A stretch of 64,000 nucleotides of DNA from Candidatus Uhrbacteria bacterium (lineage in GTDB: Bacteria > Patescibacteriota > Patescibacteriia > UBA9934 > GWF2-40-263): positions 5,498 through 69,497 of the forward strand of contig JACPHU010000013.1 in assembly GCA_016188495.1 (NCBI GenBank). The letters are read 5' to 3'. Below the pieces are notes generated by a model, which worked only from the letters and a program-made list of their open reading frames with translations, did not search any database and was not told the origin of the DNA. The translations under genes and the position numbers were made by a program. Positions 63,779-64,000 of the stretch are shown in pieces (the stretch's first letter is position 1; every line of letters starts with the position of its first letter).

Positions 63779-64000
63779 GTGATGAAGTAGTTTAAAATAT
63801 CTTTATTGGCTGAAAGAATTTCATAATGAACAACTTCAGCAAAAGTCGTCCACACAGAGGAATAAGCCTTTTCAGGTTCAAGAATCACATCCCCCTGCCC
63901 TACATAACAATGGAAACAATGTAGATGAACACGCAAAATTTTTTCTTCAAGATCCCAGTCATGTTGATGAAGAAGAAAAAAAGTAGTGTGTAAAACTGAC
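63733..64000 (-). CDS. Hypothetical protein, partial. The 5' end lies beyond the window end, and the frame is open to position 64000.
   Basis: The reading frame ...LHQHDWDLEEKILRVHLHCFHCYVGQGDVILEPEKAYS... continues without a stop to the window edge. It overlaps the alr start by 46 nt. Confidence 0.3.
   Translation of the reverse strand, partial: SVLHTTFFLLHQHDWDLEEKILRVHLHCFHCYVGQGDVILEPEKAYSSVWTTFAEVVHYEILSANKDILNYFITCNAIEHGSNSVNEL

Overview
This is a gene-dense, reduced-genome bacterial window of roughly 90% coding sequence. It has Patescibacteria/CPR-like hallmarks. RpoA consists of the N-terminal domain only. AlaRS lacks the C-Ala domain. There are many glycosyltransferases, and SecD carries an inserted parvulin domain. 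Content is almost entirely housekeeping. One-carbon and cell-wall genes: folD, glyA, murC, murB, murJ, uppP, alr, ftsQ-like. Secretion and chaperone genes: secA, secDF, clpB with a CIRCE operator. Translation genes: infA-rpmJ-rpsM-rpsK-rpsD-rpoA-rplQ then rplM-rpsI, alaS, gltX, fmt, def, era, mnmA, RNA methyltransferases. Replication: priA. There is a polysaccharide cluster (flippase, GT4, two GT2, Wzy-like protein). Several nucleotide-pool hydrolases are present: RdgB, YjjX-like ITPase, Nudix, a SAMHD1-like HD dNTPase and a LOG-family protein. No rRNA, tRNA, CRISPR, transposase or integrase was recognised. The most unusual items are listed next. (1) An autonomous two-gene operon of tandem paralogous radical-SAM enzymes (563-2475, minus strand) with its own promoter and flanking terminators. 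The family is unresolved, with QueE/MoaA-like core motifs. (2) A family of about 130-nt GC-rich palindromic intercistronic elements (9945-10074 and 30431-30559). Their cores are conserved but their closing inverted repeats are perfect and of different sequence, and a TGTGA-loop hairpin covaries. A degenerate relative lies at 2600-2808. (3) SecD with an embedded tandem PpiC/parvulin domain. (4) A membrane-protein plus VirD4/TraD-like P-loop ATPase pair. The ATPase ends in two YacG-like zinc ribbons joined by a (TPAPA)9 linker that is encoded by a perfect 9 x 15-nt tandem repeat. All functional calls rest on motif recognition by eye. No database search was run.
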